Positions 19,496 through 28,720 of a stretch of DNA of 64,000 bases are shown here, piece by piece. The notes below the pieces were generated by a model. The model was not told the origin of the DNA and did not search any database. It saw only the letters and a list, made by a program, of their open reading frames with translations. How positions within the stretch are numbered: position 1 is the first letter of the stretch; every line of letters begins with the position of its first letter. The DNA lies in NCBI GenBank assembly GCA_017454295.1, contig JAFTDF010000042.1, positions 484 through 64,483 on the forward strand, written 5' to 3'. The position numbers and the translations under genes are program-made. This DNA is from Bacilli bacterium. GTDB lineage: Bacteria; Bacillota_I; Bacilli_A; RFN20; CAG-826.

Positions 19496-20480
19496 GAAGC
19501 GCTAGTTCATTCCGGATCTCCTCGCAAGAATAAAAGCGATAGAGATCCGTTTTCTTTTTCAGCTGGATTTGATACGCCACCATGTCCCAGGTCCGATGGG
19601 TGAAATGGAAACGTGATTCCCCTAGAGGAAGGATGTCGACTACCTCGAAATCCGAAAGCGCACTTCTAAGTTGTTCCTTTTGGAGATGGCCCTCTTTCAT
19701 TGGGAAAGCGTAAAGCCCCGAAAGCAAGCCTTTATCGGGACGCTTCTCCAGCGCAATCTCACCTTGATAAGAGAATACCAGGACCGTGTATTTTTCCGTT
19801 TGGACCTTGGCCTTTTTCTTCGGAAGAGGGATTGCTGTTTCATTCCCTTCTTGATGGGCTTTGCAATCAAGGGCGAAGGGGCAAGCATCACAATTTGGCA
19901 TCCCACTTGGAAGGCAAATCGTTTCCCCTAACTCCATGGTCGCTTCATTCAGCAACCCCGGGTCTCCTTCTTCCATCAGGGAGCGCAAGAAGAGGTCCGC
20001 TTCTTTGCGTAAACGGGTGTCATCATAAGATAAGGAATGGCCCTGGTAACGAGCGCAAACGCGAAGCACATTGCCATCGATAGAAGGCGTTTTTTCGCCA
20101 AAGCAAAGGGATGCAATCGCCGCGGAAGTATAAGGCCCAAAGCCAGGTAATTTCGAAATTTCGGAGGCTTTTTGCGGCATTTTGCCTTCTTTTTCATGCA
20201 CGATGATTTGGGCTGCTTTTTGCAGGTTTCTCGCTCGCGAATAATAGCCTAAACCCTCCCAAAGCTTGGCGACTTCCTCGGGGCTAGCCGAAGCCAAATC
20301 CTGCCAAGAAGGGAAGCGTTTCATGAAGGCATCGTAACGGGGAATCACCGTGGAGATTCGGGTTTGCTGCAACATGATTTCGCTGACGGCGACCTTATAG
20401 GGGGAGCGGTCTTCGCGCCACGAAAAAACCCGTCGCTTAGAGGCATACCAAGCCAATAATCTTACGGCGGGTGAATCCAT
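19449..20480 (-). CDS. mutY: A/G-specific adenine DNA glycosylase
   Basis: HhH-GPD motif (IMLQQTRISTVIPRYDAFMKRFP), an Fe-S cluster loop C-x6-C-x2-C-x5-C (CLPSGMPNCDACPFALDC), and a NUDIX-like C-terminus. Confidence 0.85.
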   Translation of the reverse strand: MDSPAVRLLAWYASKRRVFSWREDRSPYKVAVSEIMLQQTRISTVIPRYDAFMKRFPSWQDLASASPEEVAKLWEGLGYYSRARNLQKAAQIIVHEKEGKMPQKASEISKLPGFGPYTSAAIASLCFGEKTPSIDGNVLRVCARYQGHSLSYDDTRLRKEADLFLRSLMEEGDPGLLNEATMELGETICLPSGMPNCDACPFALDCKAHQEGNETAIPLPKKKAKVQTEKYTVLVFSYQGEIALEKRPDKGLLSGLYAFPMKEGHLQKEQLRSALSDFEVVDILPLGESRFHFTHRTWDMVAYQIQLKKKTDLYRFYSCEEIRNELALPTAHRFAFDSVVRRG

Positions 20481-20481
20481 C

Positions 20482-21360
20482 TTATTTCAAATCCACTTTC
20501 TCGAAATGGGCGCGCCCCACGAAGAAGAGGAGGCAACCGTAACCGATGTCGATCAAGATGGAGAGAGTGACATGCCAAGGGAAGAACGCCAAAGCCTCTT
20601 TGGTCTGACTAGACGCCACGCTAATGGAGTTATAAGCCCCGCCCACATGGCCGACGGGAAGAACAAGCGCGACGATTCGGGTAAACCACAGTAGACCGTC
20701 GCCACTGACATTCGGATTGATTTGCATCACAATGAGAGGAATGAGCCCAACCAACAACCCATAGAAAAGGCAAAGGCCGAGAATGATGAAGATCGGAACC
20801 GATCCCGCGGCCGAATGGCCCTTAAACAGATAAACCGTGAAGTGGATAAAGGTGTAAACGAGGATCAAGTTCACCAGCGCCACGGCCACAGTGGCCATGA
20901 ACCGACCGGCATCGGCCGAGCCCCAGCCCACACCTGAAGGCAAGAAGCCTAAGGTCGTGCCAATGACCCATGCCACATACATCAGCCCGGCCACCAGCAG
21001 TCCACCGAAATAATGGACGGTGTAGATTTGCTTACGGGTATAGCCGCCGGCGATTTGTTGAGAGAGCAATCCCGCCCGGAATTCCACGGACAGGAAGCTA
21101 CCGATAATCGCCACCCAGACAATGCCCAGCATCGAAGCGCCGCAGCCGCCGATATCAAAGGAAAGCCCAGAGAGGGCCGTCCACATTGTGGAGGACCATT
21201 CCGTCAGCACTGGTTGGCTGGAATGGGCCATCACAATCCAATTGATGACGCAAGTTAAGAAAGAAGCAAGGAAAGAGATGGATACCAAAATGATCAAAGT
21301 GATGCGGATGGACAAGCTATGCTTCAAACGACATAGGAATAAGGACCAGAGGTTTTTCAT
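20482..21360 (-). CDS. ABC-2 type transporter permease
   Basis: Six or more TM segments, translationally coupled to the ATPase upstream. Confidence 0.6.
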   Translation of the reverse strand: MKNLWSLFLCRLKHSLSIRITLIILVSISFLASFLTCVINWIVMAHSSQPVLTEWSSTMWTALSGLSFDIGGCGASMLGIVWVAIIGSFLSVEFRAGLLSQQIAGGYTRKQIYTVHYFGGLLVAGLMYVAWVIGTTLGFLPSGVGWGSADAGRFMATVAVALVNLILVYTFIHFTVYLFKGHSAAGSVPIFIILGLCLFYGLLVGLIPLIVMQINPNVSGDGLLWFTRIVALVLPVGHVGGAYNSISVASSQTKEALAFFPWHVTLSILIDIGYGCLLFFVGRAHFEKVDLK

Positions 21361-22274
21361 TTGTTTTCCTCCTGCAATAACGAGAGGAAGAAATCTTCCA
21401 GTCCGTGGCTCACTTCGTGGAAATGGGTGACATCCACACCATTGGATAGCAGCAGCTTCACCACATCCGCGGATTCTTGGTGTCCTGAGACCACAAGTTC
21501 ATCCCCGACGATTTCGGAGGTAAAGCCTTCTTTTCCCAAAAGGGCTTGGGCCGCAGCCGAATCGCTGACTTTTAGGTGGAGGGTTTTCGAGGTACCTCTT
21601 TCTAGTTCAGAAGCCGACACGTTCCCGACCACTTTTCCGTTATCCATGAACACGTATTCGGTGGCAAGCAAAGAAAGCTCGCTCAAGATATGACTCGAGA
21701 TGAGGATCGTGATTCCTTTTTCTTGATTGAGTTTGATCAGCAAGTCGCGGATTTGCTTAATGCCTTCCGGGTCGAGGCCGTTGGTAGGTTCATCAAGAAG
21801 CAAAAGTTCCGGCTCTTTGACGAGAGCCATCGCAATGCCAAGGCGTTGCCGCATCCCTAATGAGAAATTGGAAACGTTCTTTTTGGTACCGATGACTTCG
21901 TCTAAACCGACGAAGCGGAGTTGCTCTTCCGCCATCGCTTTTAGATCGCCCGTGTATCCGTTTAAGATCAGCTGCGTTTTCAAATTAAACTCGGCGGAAC
22001 AGCCTCCATAAAAAGCCGGCTTCTCGATCATGGAAGCGACTTTCCTTCTTAAAGCTGGAAATTTAGAAGCGTCTTTTTCCCCGAATAGGGAGTAAGAACC
22101 GCCCGTGGGCTTAGCGACATCGGTTAAAACGCGGATCAAGGTCGTTTTGCCTGCTCCGTTTTTGCCGACCAACCCCAGGATGGCTCCCTTCCGGACGGAA
22201 AGGGATACTTCGTTTAATGCCAGTTTTCCTTTATACGACTTAGAAAGGCCATAGGTTTCGATGATGTTTTCCAT
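21357..22274 (-). CDS. ABC transporter ATP-binding protein (ABC-2/exporter type)
   Basis: Walker A GKNGAGKTT, signature FSLGMRQRL, Walker B LLLLDEPTNGLD. Confidence 0.9.
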   Translation of the reverse strand: MENIIETYGLSKSYKGKLALNEVSLSVRKGAILGLVGKNGAGKTTLIRVLTDVAKPTGGSYSLFGEKDASKFPALRRKVASMIEKPAFYGGCSAEFNLKTQLILNGYTGDLKAMAEEQLRFVGLDEVIGTKKNVSNFSLGMRQRLGIAMALVKEPELLLLDEPTNGLDPEGIKQIRDLLIKLNQEKGITILISSHILSELSLLATEYVFMDNGKVVGNVSASELERGTSKTLHLKVSDSAAAQALLGKEGFTSEIVGDELVVSGHQESADVVKLLLSNGVDVTHFHEVSHGLEDFFLSLLQEENK

Positions 22275-22282
22275 GCATCCTC

Positions 22283-23575
22283 CTATTTTTTCGTGTCGTT
22301 ATTATCGATGGCATTGAATTTGGCTGCAATAGAAGGTGCGTTGGCGGTTAAGGCTTTGATGGTGAGGTTTTGGGTCTTATCGTTAGCCAGACGGAGGTGG
22401 TCTTCGGACTTGAGTAAGGCGTCTTTGACTTTGGTTAAGGCAGCGATGGATTTGTCGAGTTCCTTAATCGCGTCTTGGAAGCGATCCGAGGCATATTCGT
22501 ATTTATTGGAAATATAGGTTTTGAACGTGTCGAGTTCGTTTTCGAAATTGGTCACGTCCACGCTTTGGCGTTGGGCGATCATCAATTGGTCTTTATAATC
22601 CGCGGCGCTCAAAGCGGCATTCTTAAGAAGGGAGATGATCGCGAGGAAACATTGGGGCCGGACTACGAACATCTTAGGGTATTTGTAAACCTGAACGATG
22701 CCCGCGTTGTAATAATCGCTATCGGCTTCGAGCATCGACACCAAGACCGCATACTCGCAACCTTTTTCGTTCCGGTCCTTATCAAGTTCTTTGAAGAAGT
22801 CTTCGTTCTTATGCTTAGTGGAAGTGGTATCGGCCTCGTTTTTCATCTCGAACATGATGGAGAGGAGTTCCGCTCCTTCTTTTGTTTTCTCGCGGAAGAT
22901 GAAGTCGCCCTTGGATCCGCTGCCGCTGACTTGATTGTCCTTTTCAAAATAGGCATCCGGGTAGGCGGCCATACGGATGGAATTGAACTGTTCGAAACAA
23001 TATTGCTCTAAACTCTCACCGATGTTTTTTGTGGAAAGCTTGGCCTTGAAGTCTCTTAAGAAAGCGATCTGGTCATCCTTGTCTTTCAGTTCTTCTTGAT
23101 GCTTGGCCTGAAGGTCCTTCATTTTGTTGGCATCGGATTCTTTAACGAGTTGAAGTTCGCTCTTGAGTTGGGCGATGGAAAGCTCTTGTTCCTGCAATTT
23201 ATCGCGCTGCTTTTCAAGGGCTTGGGTCACCTCGTTTTTGGTGGATTCCTGCGAGATGCGGATATCGGCCTGAAGCTTCGCGATTTCAAGGTTTTTGGCC
23301 GCAATTTCCTCGTCTTTTTTCGCATTTAACGCATCCAATGCGGCTTTTTCTTTGGCTTCGGCTTGATCGATTTTGGCTTGCATGGCAGCTTTTTCGGCTT
23401 CCATTTTAGCGCGAGCGGTCTCCTGATTTGCCGCGGCTAAATCCTCTTGTTGCTGGAGACGGATATGCAATTCTTTTTCGAATTCGACCGTGTGGATTTG
23501 TTTGGCGATCGCGTCGTAATCGCTCTCTTCTAAATTGAACTCTTTACCGCAATGGGGACATTTGATTTTATTCAT
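22283..23575 (-). CDS. DUF2130-like protein (N-terminal zinc ribbon, coiled coil, C-terminal domain)
   Basis: The sequence MNKIKCPHCGKEFNLEESDYDAIAKQI followed by a long coiled coil resembles the DUF2130 family. The start at 23575 has the RBS AGGAGGG. Confidence 0.65.
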   Translation of the reverse strand: MNKIKCPHCGKEFNLEESDYDAIAKQIHTVEFEKELHIRLQQQEDLAAANQETARAKMEAEKAAMQAKIDQAEAKEKAALDALNAKKDEEIAAKNLEIAKLQADIRISQESTKNEVTQALEKQRDKLQEQELSIAQLKSELQLVKESDANKMKDLQAKHQEELKDKDDQIAFLRDFKAKLSTKNIGESLEQYCFEQFNSIRMAAYPDAYFEKDNQVSGSGSKGDFIFREKTKEGAELLSIMFEMKNEADTTSTKHKNEDFFKELDKDRNEKGCEYAVLVSMLEADSDYYNAGIVQVYKYPKMFVVRPQCFLAIISLLKNAALSAADYKDQLMIAQRQSVDVTNFENELDTFKTYISNKYEYASDRFQDAIKELDKSIAALTKVKDALLKSEDHLRLANDKTQNLTIKALTANAPSIAAKFNAIDNNDTKK

Positions 23576-23768
23576 GGGGAAACCCTCCTGATCAGCTGGA
23601 AAACATTGTAACGCAGCCTCGCGCTGGAACAAGTCGGCAACGGCCGTTTTCGGACTTTTGTCCGTATTTTGGGACAACTGGGTTTCGCCGATATCGACTT
23701 CCCCCAAGACGGGGAAAATCTTTTTTTATAAAAAGAATATGGTATGCTTTGCCCTGGAGGACCTGCGC

Positions 23769-24659
23769 ATGAAAGGTATCATCCTTGCCGGTGGCTCGGG
23801 CACCAGGCTCTACCCCCTGACCCTCGTCACCTCGAAACAACTGCTCCCAATCTACGACAAACCCATGATCTACTACCCGTTGAGCGTTTTGATGCTCGCC
23901 GGGATCAGGGACATCCTGGTCATCTCAACCCCGTCCGACCTGCCCCGCTTCGAGGAACTGCTCGGCGACGGCTCGTCCTTCGGCATCCGCCTCTCCTACA
24001 TGGAGCAGCCCTCCCCCGACGGCTTGGCCCAGGCCTTCGTGCTGGGCGAGGAATTCATCGGGGACGAGGCCTGCGTCATGGTCTTGGGCGACAACATCTT
24101 CTACGGCGACGGGCTCGAACGCCACCTCCGCAACTCCGTCCGCAGGGCCGAGGAGGAAGGCAAGGCCACCATCTACGGCTACTACGTCAACGACCCGGAA
24201 CGCTTCGGCGTCGTGGAGTTCGACGACGTCGACCACCCCATCCGCATCGTCGAGAAGGACCCCAACCCCAAATCCAACTACGCCGTCACGGGCCTCTACT
24301 TCTACCCCAAGGGCGTCTCGGAGAAGGCCAAGTCCATCCGCAAATCCGACCGTGGGGAATACGAGATCACCGACCTGAACAACCTCTACCTCGCCGAGGA
24401 CGCCATCCACATCACCCTCCTGGGCCGCGGCTACGCCTGGCTCGACACGGGCACCCACCAGTCCATGATGGACGCCTCCGCCTTCGTGCAGTCCATCGAG
24501 GAGCACCAGGGGCTGAAGATCTGCTGCCCCGAGGAGATCGCCTACCGCAACGGATGGATCAGCAAACAGCAACTCATTGAGAAGGGCGAGCTCATGTCCA
24601 AGAACGGATATGGCAAGCACCTGCTCAACGTCGCATATGGAAAGGTGAAAGTCTTATGA
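23769..24659 (+). CDS. rfbA: Glucose-1-phosphate thymidylyltransferase
   Basis: [18 protein letters not shown]...[40 protein letters not shown]. The GC3 is conspicuously high. Confidence 0.95.
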   Translation: MKGIILAGGSGTRLYPLTLVTSKQLLPIYDKPMIYYPLSVLMLAGIRDILVISTPSDLPRFEELLGDGSSFGIRLSYMEQPSPDGLAQAFVLGEEFIGDEACVMVLGDNIFYGDGLERHLRNSVRRAEEEGKATIYGYYVNDPERFGVVEFDDVDHPIRIVEKDPNPKSNYAVTGLYFYPKGVSEKAKSIRKSDRGEYEITDLNNLYLAEDAIHITLLGRGYAWLDTGTHQSMMDASAFVQSIEEHQGLKICCPEEIAYRNGWISKQQLIEKGELMSKNGYGKHLLNVAYGKVKVL

Positions 24660-25207
24660 TCGAAGTAAAGAAAACCGCCATCGAAGGCGTCTTAATCATC
24701 GAGCCCAAAGTCTTCGGGGATGATCGTGGCTACTTCATGGAAACCTATAACGCTCCCGAATTCAAAGAAAAGGGAATCCCCTATGATTTCGTCCAAGATA
24801 ACCAATCGAAATCCAAAAAGGGTGTCTTAAGGGGGCTCCATTACCAAATCAACCATCCTCAGGCCAAACTGGTCCGTGTGTTAGAAGGCGAGGTCTATGA
24901 TGTCGCCGTCGACCTTCGTAAGAACTCGCCCACCTATGGCAAATACGTCGGCGTTTTGCTCACCGGCGAAAACAAAAAGATGTTCATGATTCCCCGGGGC
25001 TTTGCCCACGGCTTTGTCGTCTTATCCGAAAATGCGACCTTCGCCTATAAATGCGATGACGTTTATCATCCTGGCGACGAAGGCGGACTTCCCTATAACG
25101 ACCCCTCCATCGGGGTGGAATGGCCTTATGAAGGGGAACCGCTCCTTTCGGAAAAAGACCAGCATCATACTCCTCTGGCGGAGAGCAAGGTGGCCTTCGA
25201 TTTATGA
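24656..25207 (+). CDS. rfbC: dTDP-4-dehydrorhamnose 3,5-epimerase
   Basis: Cupin epimerase motifs: [23 protein letters not shown]. Confidence 0.93.
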   Translation: MIEVKKTAIEGVLIIEPKVFGDDRGYFMETYNAPEFKEKGIPYDFVQDNQSKSKKGVLRGLHYQINHPQAKLVRVLEGEVYDVAVDLRKNSPTYGKYVGVLLTGENKKMFMIPRGFAHGFVVLSENATFAYKCDDVYHPGDEGGLPYNDPSIGVEWPYEGEPLLSEKDQHHTPLAESKVAFDL

Positions 25208-26070
25208 GATTCCTCGTCACCGGCGTCAAAGGTCAATTAGGCAGCGCCTTACTTCGTGAACTTGCCCGTCGCGGCTTTACCGATGTCATCGGCATCGACG
25301 TCGAAGATTTAGATCTCACCAATGAGGAAGCGGTCTATTCCTTCATCCGTGAGAAGCACCCCGATGTCGTCTTCAATCCCGCCGCTTGGACGGCTGTCGA
25401 TAAAGCCGAACTATTCCCCGAAAAAGTCCGTCAAATCAACGCTTTCGGGCCGGGGTATATCGCCAAGGTTTGCAAGGAAATCGGGGCGAAAACCGTGCAA
25501 ATCTCCACCGATTATGTATTTCCTGGAACCGGCAATACCCCTTATGAAACCGATGATCCCATCGGCCCTTCCTCGGTGTATGGTTCCACCAAAGCCGAAG
25601 GAGAGGAAAACGTCCGCCAAGCCAATACCCGCCACTTCATCGTCCGCATTTCCTGGGCCTTTGGCGCGGGTCCGAACTTCGTCCGCACGATGCTTCGTTT
25701 AGCCGAGACTCACGACAAATTGACCGTCGTTGGTGACCAAATCGGTTCTCCCACTTATATGGAAGATTTGGCTCGCTTATTGGTGGATATGTCTTTGACC
25801 GAGGAATACGGCACCTACCACGCCACCAATGAAGGCTTCTGCTCCTGGGCCGAATTCGCCAAGGAGATTTTCCGTCAAGCGGGGAAGCAAGTCGAAGTCG
25901 AAGCGGTCACCACGGAAGAATATCTCCGTCGCAATCCCAACCAAGCCAAACGTCCGTTAAATTCGCGGCTCTCCAAAGCCAAGCTAATTGAACATGGCTT
26001 CCAGCCTTTGCCTACCTGGCAAGACGCCTTGAGCCGTTATCTAAAATTCCTCAAGGAGGAACAAGTATGA
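25204..26070 (+). CDS. rfbD: dTDP-4-dehydrorhamnose reductase
   Basis: [13 protein letters not shown]...STDYVF...YGSTKAEGE; RmlD family. Confidence 0.93.
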   Translation: MRFLVTGVKGQLGSALLRELARRGFTDVIGIDVEDLDLTNEEAVYSFIREKHPDVVFNPAAWTAVDKAELFPEKVRQINAFGPGYIAKVCKEIGAKTVQISTDYVFPGTGNTPYETDDPIGPSSVYGSTKAEGEENVRQANTRHFIVRISWAFGAGPNFVRTMLRLAETHDKLTVVGDQIGSPTYMEDLARLLVDMSLTEEYGTYHATNEGFCSWAEFAKEIFRQAGKQVEVEAVTTEEYLRRNPNQAKRPLNSRLSKAKLIEHGFQPLPTWQDALSRYLKFLKEEQV

Positions 26071-27080
26071 ACATTCTCGTCACCGGAGGGGCCGGTTTCA
26101 TCGGCGGCAATTTCCTCCACATCATGGTGAAGCAGCATCCCGACGACCGGTATATCTGTCTGGACGCCCTCACCTACGCAGGAAACATGGAAACCTTGGC
26201 GCCGATTATGGATTGCCCCAATTTCCGATTCGTCAAAGCCGATATCCGCGATAAAGAAGCGGTTGAGAAACTTTTTCAAGAGGAGAAGCTTGACGCCGTT
26301 ATCAACTTCGCGGCCGAATCCCACGTGGACCGTTCCATCGAAAACCCCCAAATCTTTTTGGAGACCAATATCGTTGGCACGTCCGTGTTAATGGACGCTT
26401 GCAGGAGACACGGCAATATCCGTTTCCACCAAGTCTCCACCGATGAGGTTTATGGCGATCTTCCCTTAGATCGTCCCGACCTTCTCTTCCACGAAGATAC
26501 CCCGCTTCATACTTCGAGTCCCTATAGCTCTTCGAAAGCCGCCGCGGACCTTTTGGTGCTCGCCTACCACCGCACCTATGGATTGCCCGTGACCATCTCG
26601 CGTTGTTCCAACAACTATGGGCCCTACCAATTCCCCGAGAAACTCATCCCCTTGATGATCCAAAAAGCCCAAAGAGGCGAAAAACTCCCCGTCTATGGGG
26701 ATGGGGCGAATGTGCGCGACTGGCTCCATGTTTCCGACCATTGTCAAGCCATCGATTTGATTTTGCGCAAAGGACGTATCGGCGAAGTCTATAACGTCGG
26801 TGGTCACAACGAACGCAGCAACCTTCAAGTGGTGAGAGTCATCCTCAAAGCCTTGGGCAAAGACGAATCCCTCATCGAATATGTCAAAGATCGTTTGGGC
26901 CATGACCGACGTTACGCGATCGATCCCACCAAGATCGAAACCGAGCTTGGTTGGAAACCGCAATACGTCTTCGAAACCGGTATCGCGGAAACGATCCGTT
27001 GGAACCAGCAACATCAAGACTGGCTTGCCCACGTCGAATCCGGTGAATATCTTCGCTGGATGGAACGTTACGAAAAGTAA
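26067..27080 (+). CDS. rfbB: dTDP-glucose 4,6-dehydratase
   Basis: MNILVTGGAGFIGGNF...STDEVYG...YSSSKAAADLL; RmlB family. Confidence 0.95.
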   Translation: MNILVTGGAGFIGGNFLHIMVKQHPDDRYICLDALTYAGNMETLAPIMDCPNFRFVKADIRDKEAVEKLFQEEKLDAVINFAAESHVDRSIENPQIFLETNIVGTSVLMDACRRHGNIRFHQVSTDEVYGDLPLDRPDLLFHEDTPLHTSSPYSSSKAAADLLVLAYHRTYGLPVTISRCSNNYGPYQFPEKLIPLMIQKAQRGEKLPVYGDGANVRDWLHVSDHCQAIDLILRKGRIGEVYNVGGHNERSNLQVVRVILKALGKDESLIEYVKDRLGHDRRYAIDPTKIETELGWKPQYVFETGIAETIRWNQQHQDWLAHVESGEYLRWMERYEK

Positions 27081-27089
27081 TTCCCAATA

Positions 27090-27116
27090 ACGGGTGGCGG
27101 AAGTCGCCCGTTTTTT
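27090..27116 (+). terminator. Rho-independent terminator of the rfb operon
   Basis: ACGGGTGG-CGGAAG-TCGCCCGT followed by TTTTTT. Confidence 0.75.
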
Positions 27117-27185
27117 CATATATAAAAACCGTTTTGTTTCTCAAAAAGCCATTCATCTTTCGTGCATGAAAGTAGAGGATTATAA

Positions 27186-27470
27186 ACGAACCAAGCGTCC
27201 CTTCCTTTTGACGAAAGAACCATCCAACCCCTTATTCGCTACGTTCGCGGACAAAAAGTCATGATGAATTTTGATTTGGCGGAAATCTACGGCTATGAAA
27301 CGAGATATTTGAATCTTCAAGTTAGAAGAAATGCCGAGAAATTCCCGGAAGACTTCATGTTTCAATTAAGAAAAGACGAAATGGATCAAATCTTGATGTT
27401 GCAAAATGTCACATCAAGTTGGGGCGGGACAAGGAAAATGCCTCGGGTGGCGGAGGCCATCCGTTTTTAA
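27186..27470 (+). pseudogene. Truncated ORF6N (KilA-N-like) domain remnant
   Basis: The open frame reads ...IQPLIRYVRGQKVMMNFDLAEIYGYETRYLNLQVRRNAEKFPEDFMFQL...SSWGGTRKMP, then diverges and stops. The conserved domain begins upstream of the first ATG. It is paralogous to the N-terminus of 27522-28520. Confidence 0.5.
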
Positions 27471-27521
27471 ATTCTCAAAACCCGCCCTTCGTTTCGTATA
27501 AGTAAGTGAAGGACTTTTTAT

Positions 27522-28520
27522 ATGAACCAATTGACAGCCCCTTTAGACGAAAAAACAATCCAAACTCTTATTCACGAGATCCGTGGCCAAAAGGTTATGC
27601 TGGATTTTGACTTGGCAAGAATTTATGGTTACTCAACCAAAGCTTTTAACCAACAAGTTAAAAACAATGCGGATAAATTTGAACTTGATTTCATGTTTCG
27701 TCTGACTTCGCAAGAGTGGGACGACATTTTGAGGTCAAAAAAATTGACCGCAAATGCATTCATCGTGAATGAAGACAGGCCGGAAAGTGGTTTGCGGTCG
27801 AAAAAATCCACCGCAAACGCAAATTCCAAGCGCAGATATCTACCGTTTGCTTTCACTGAGCAAGGCATCTACATGCTCATGACTGTGTTGCGTGGAGATC
27901 TTGCCGTCAGGCAGAGCAAGACGCTTATCCGCCTGTTTAAATCCATGAAAGACTATATCGTGGAAACGCAGTCGTTGGGTTCGACCAACGAGGTCCTCGC
28001 CCTGGCTAACCAAGTACGGAAAAACACGGAAGCGATTTCAAAAATAGAAGGAAAAATAGATATGGTGATGGATAACTTCATCGATCCGTCCACCTATAAA
28101 TCCTTCTTAATCATGGATGGCGAGAAAGTGGAATCCTCCCTCGTATATCGTTCTATATTCAGTCTGGCCAAAACCTCGATTCTTCTTATCGACGATTACA
28201 TTGGATTAAAGACGTTGGGCTTGCTGAAGAGCTGCGCAAACAACGTTGAAATAACGATCGTCTCCGACAACAAAGCAAGAGACGGCCTTTCCCCACAAGA
28301 CTTGCAAGACTTTACCGCAGATACCGATAATGGAATATCGCTGGCCCCAAACAATGGGCGGGTACACGATCGTTACGTCGTCCTCGATTACGGAACAAAA
28401 GAAGAGATCATCTATCACTGTGGTGCATCCAGTAAAGACGGCGGTAAAAAGGTCTCGACCATGATGAGAGTTGAAAATCCGCAAGATTATCATCGGTTTA
28501 TCGACAGTTTGTTCTCCTGA
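27522..28520 (+). CDS. ORF6N domain protein with an uncharacterised C-terminal domain
   Basis: IRGQKVMLDFDLARIYGYSTKAFNQQVKNNADKFELDFMFRL...RRYLPFAFTEQGIYMLMTVLRGDLAVRQSKTLIRLF. The C-terminal part contains VHDRYVVLDYG...YHCGASSKDGGKK. Local GC is lower than in neighbouring genes. Confidence 0.72.
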   Translation: MNQLTAPLDEKTIQTLIHEIRGQKVMLDFDLARIYGYSTKAFNQQVKNNADKFELDFMFRLTSQEWDDILRSKKLTANAFIVNEDRPESGLRSKKSTANANSKRRYLPFAFTEQGIYMLMTVLRGDLAVRQSKTLIRLFKSMKDYIVETQSLGSTNEVLALANQVRKNTEAISKIEGKIDMVMDNFIDPSTYKSFLIMDGEKVESSLVYRSIFSLAKTSILLIDDYIGLKTLGLLKSCANNVEITIVSDNKARDGLSPQDLQDFTADTDNGISLAPNNGRVHDRYVVLDYGTKEEIIYHCGASSKDGGKKVSTMMRVENPQDYHRFIDSLFS

Positions 28521-28720
28521 TCCCGCGGTTCCTCGGCATGAACGCTTTTTAAAAGCGAGGCGCTCCCAAAAAGCGTAATTCGCGTTGGACTAGGAGAATT
28601 GTGGAAAGATAGAAAGGAAAGGCGGTTCCAATCAGCGCCTAATCATAGGATTAGTAAATGTGACCTCCGCGCATATTCGCTCTTTCGCAAAGCGAAATTC
28701 CCCTTTATTATTGTGGGGAT

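Noticed and set aside
23744-24620. Long alternative-frame ORFs across rfbA (278 aa plus strand, 231 aa minus strand)
   Set aside because: The translations are R/P/G-rich or otherwise nonsensical. They exist only because rfbA is very GC-rich. I used them as evidence for the compositional anomaly, not as genes.
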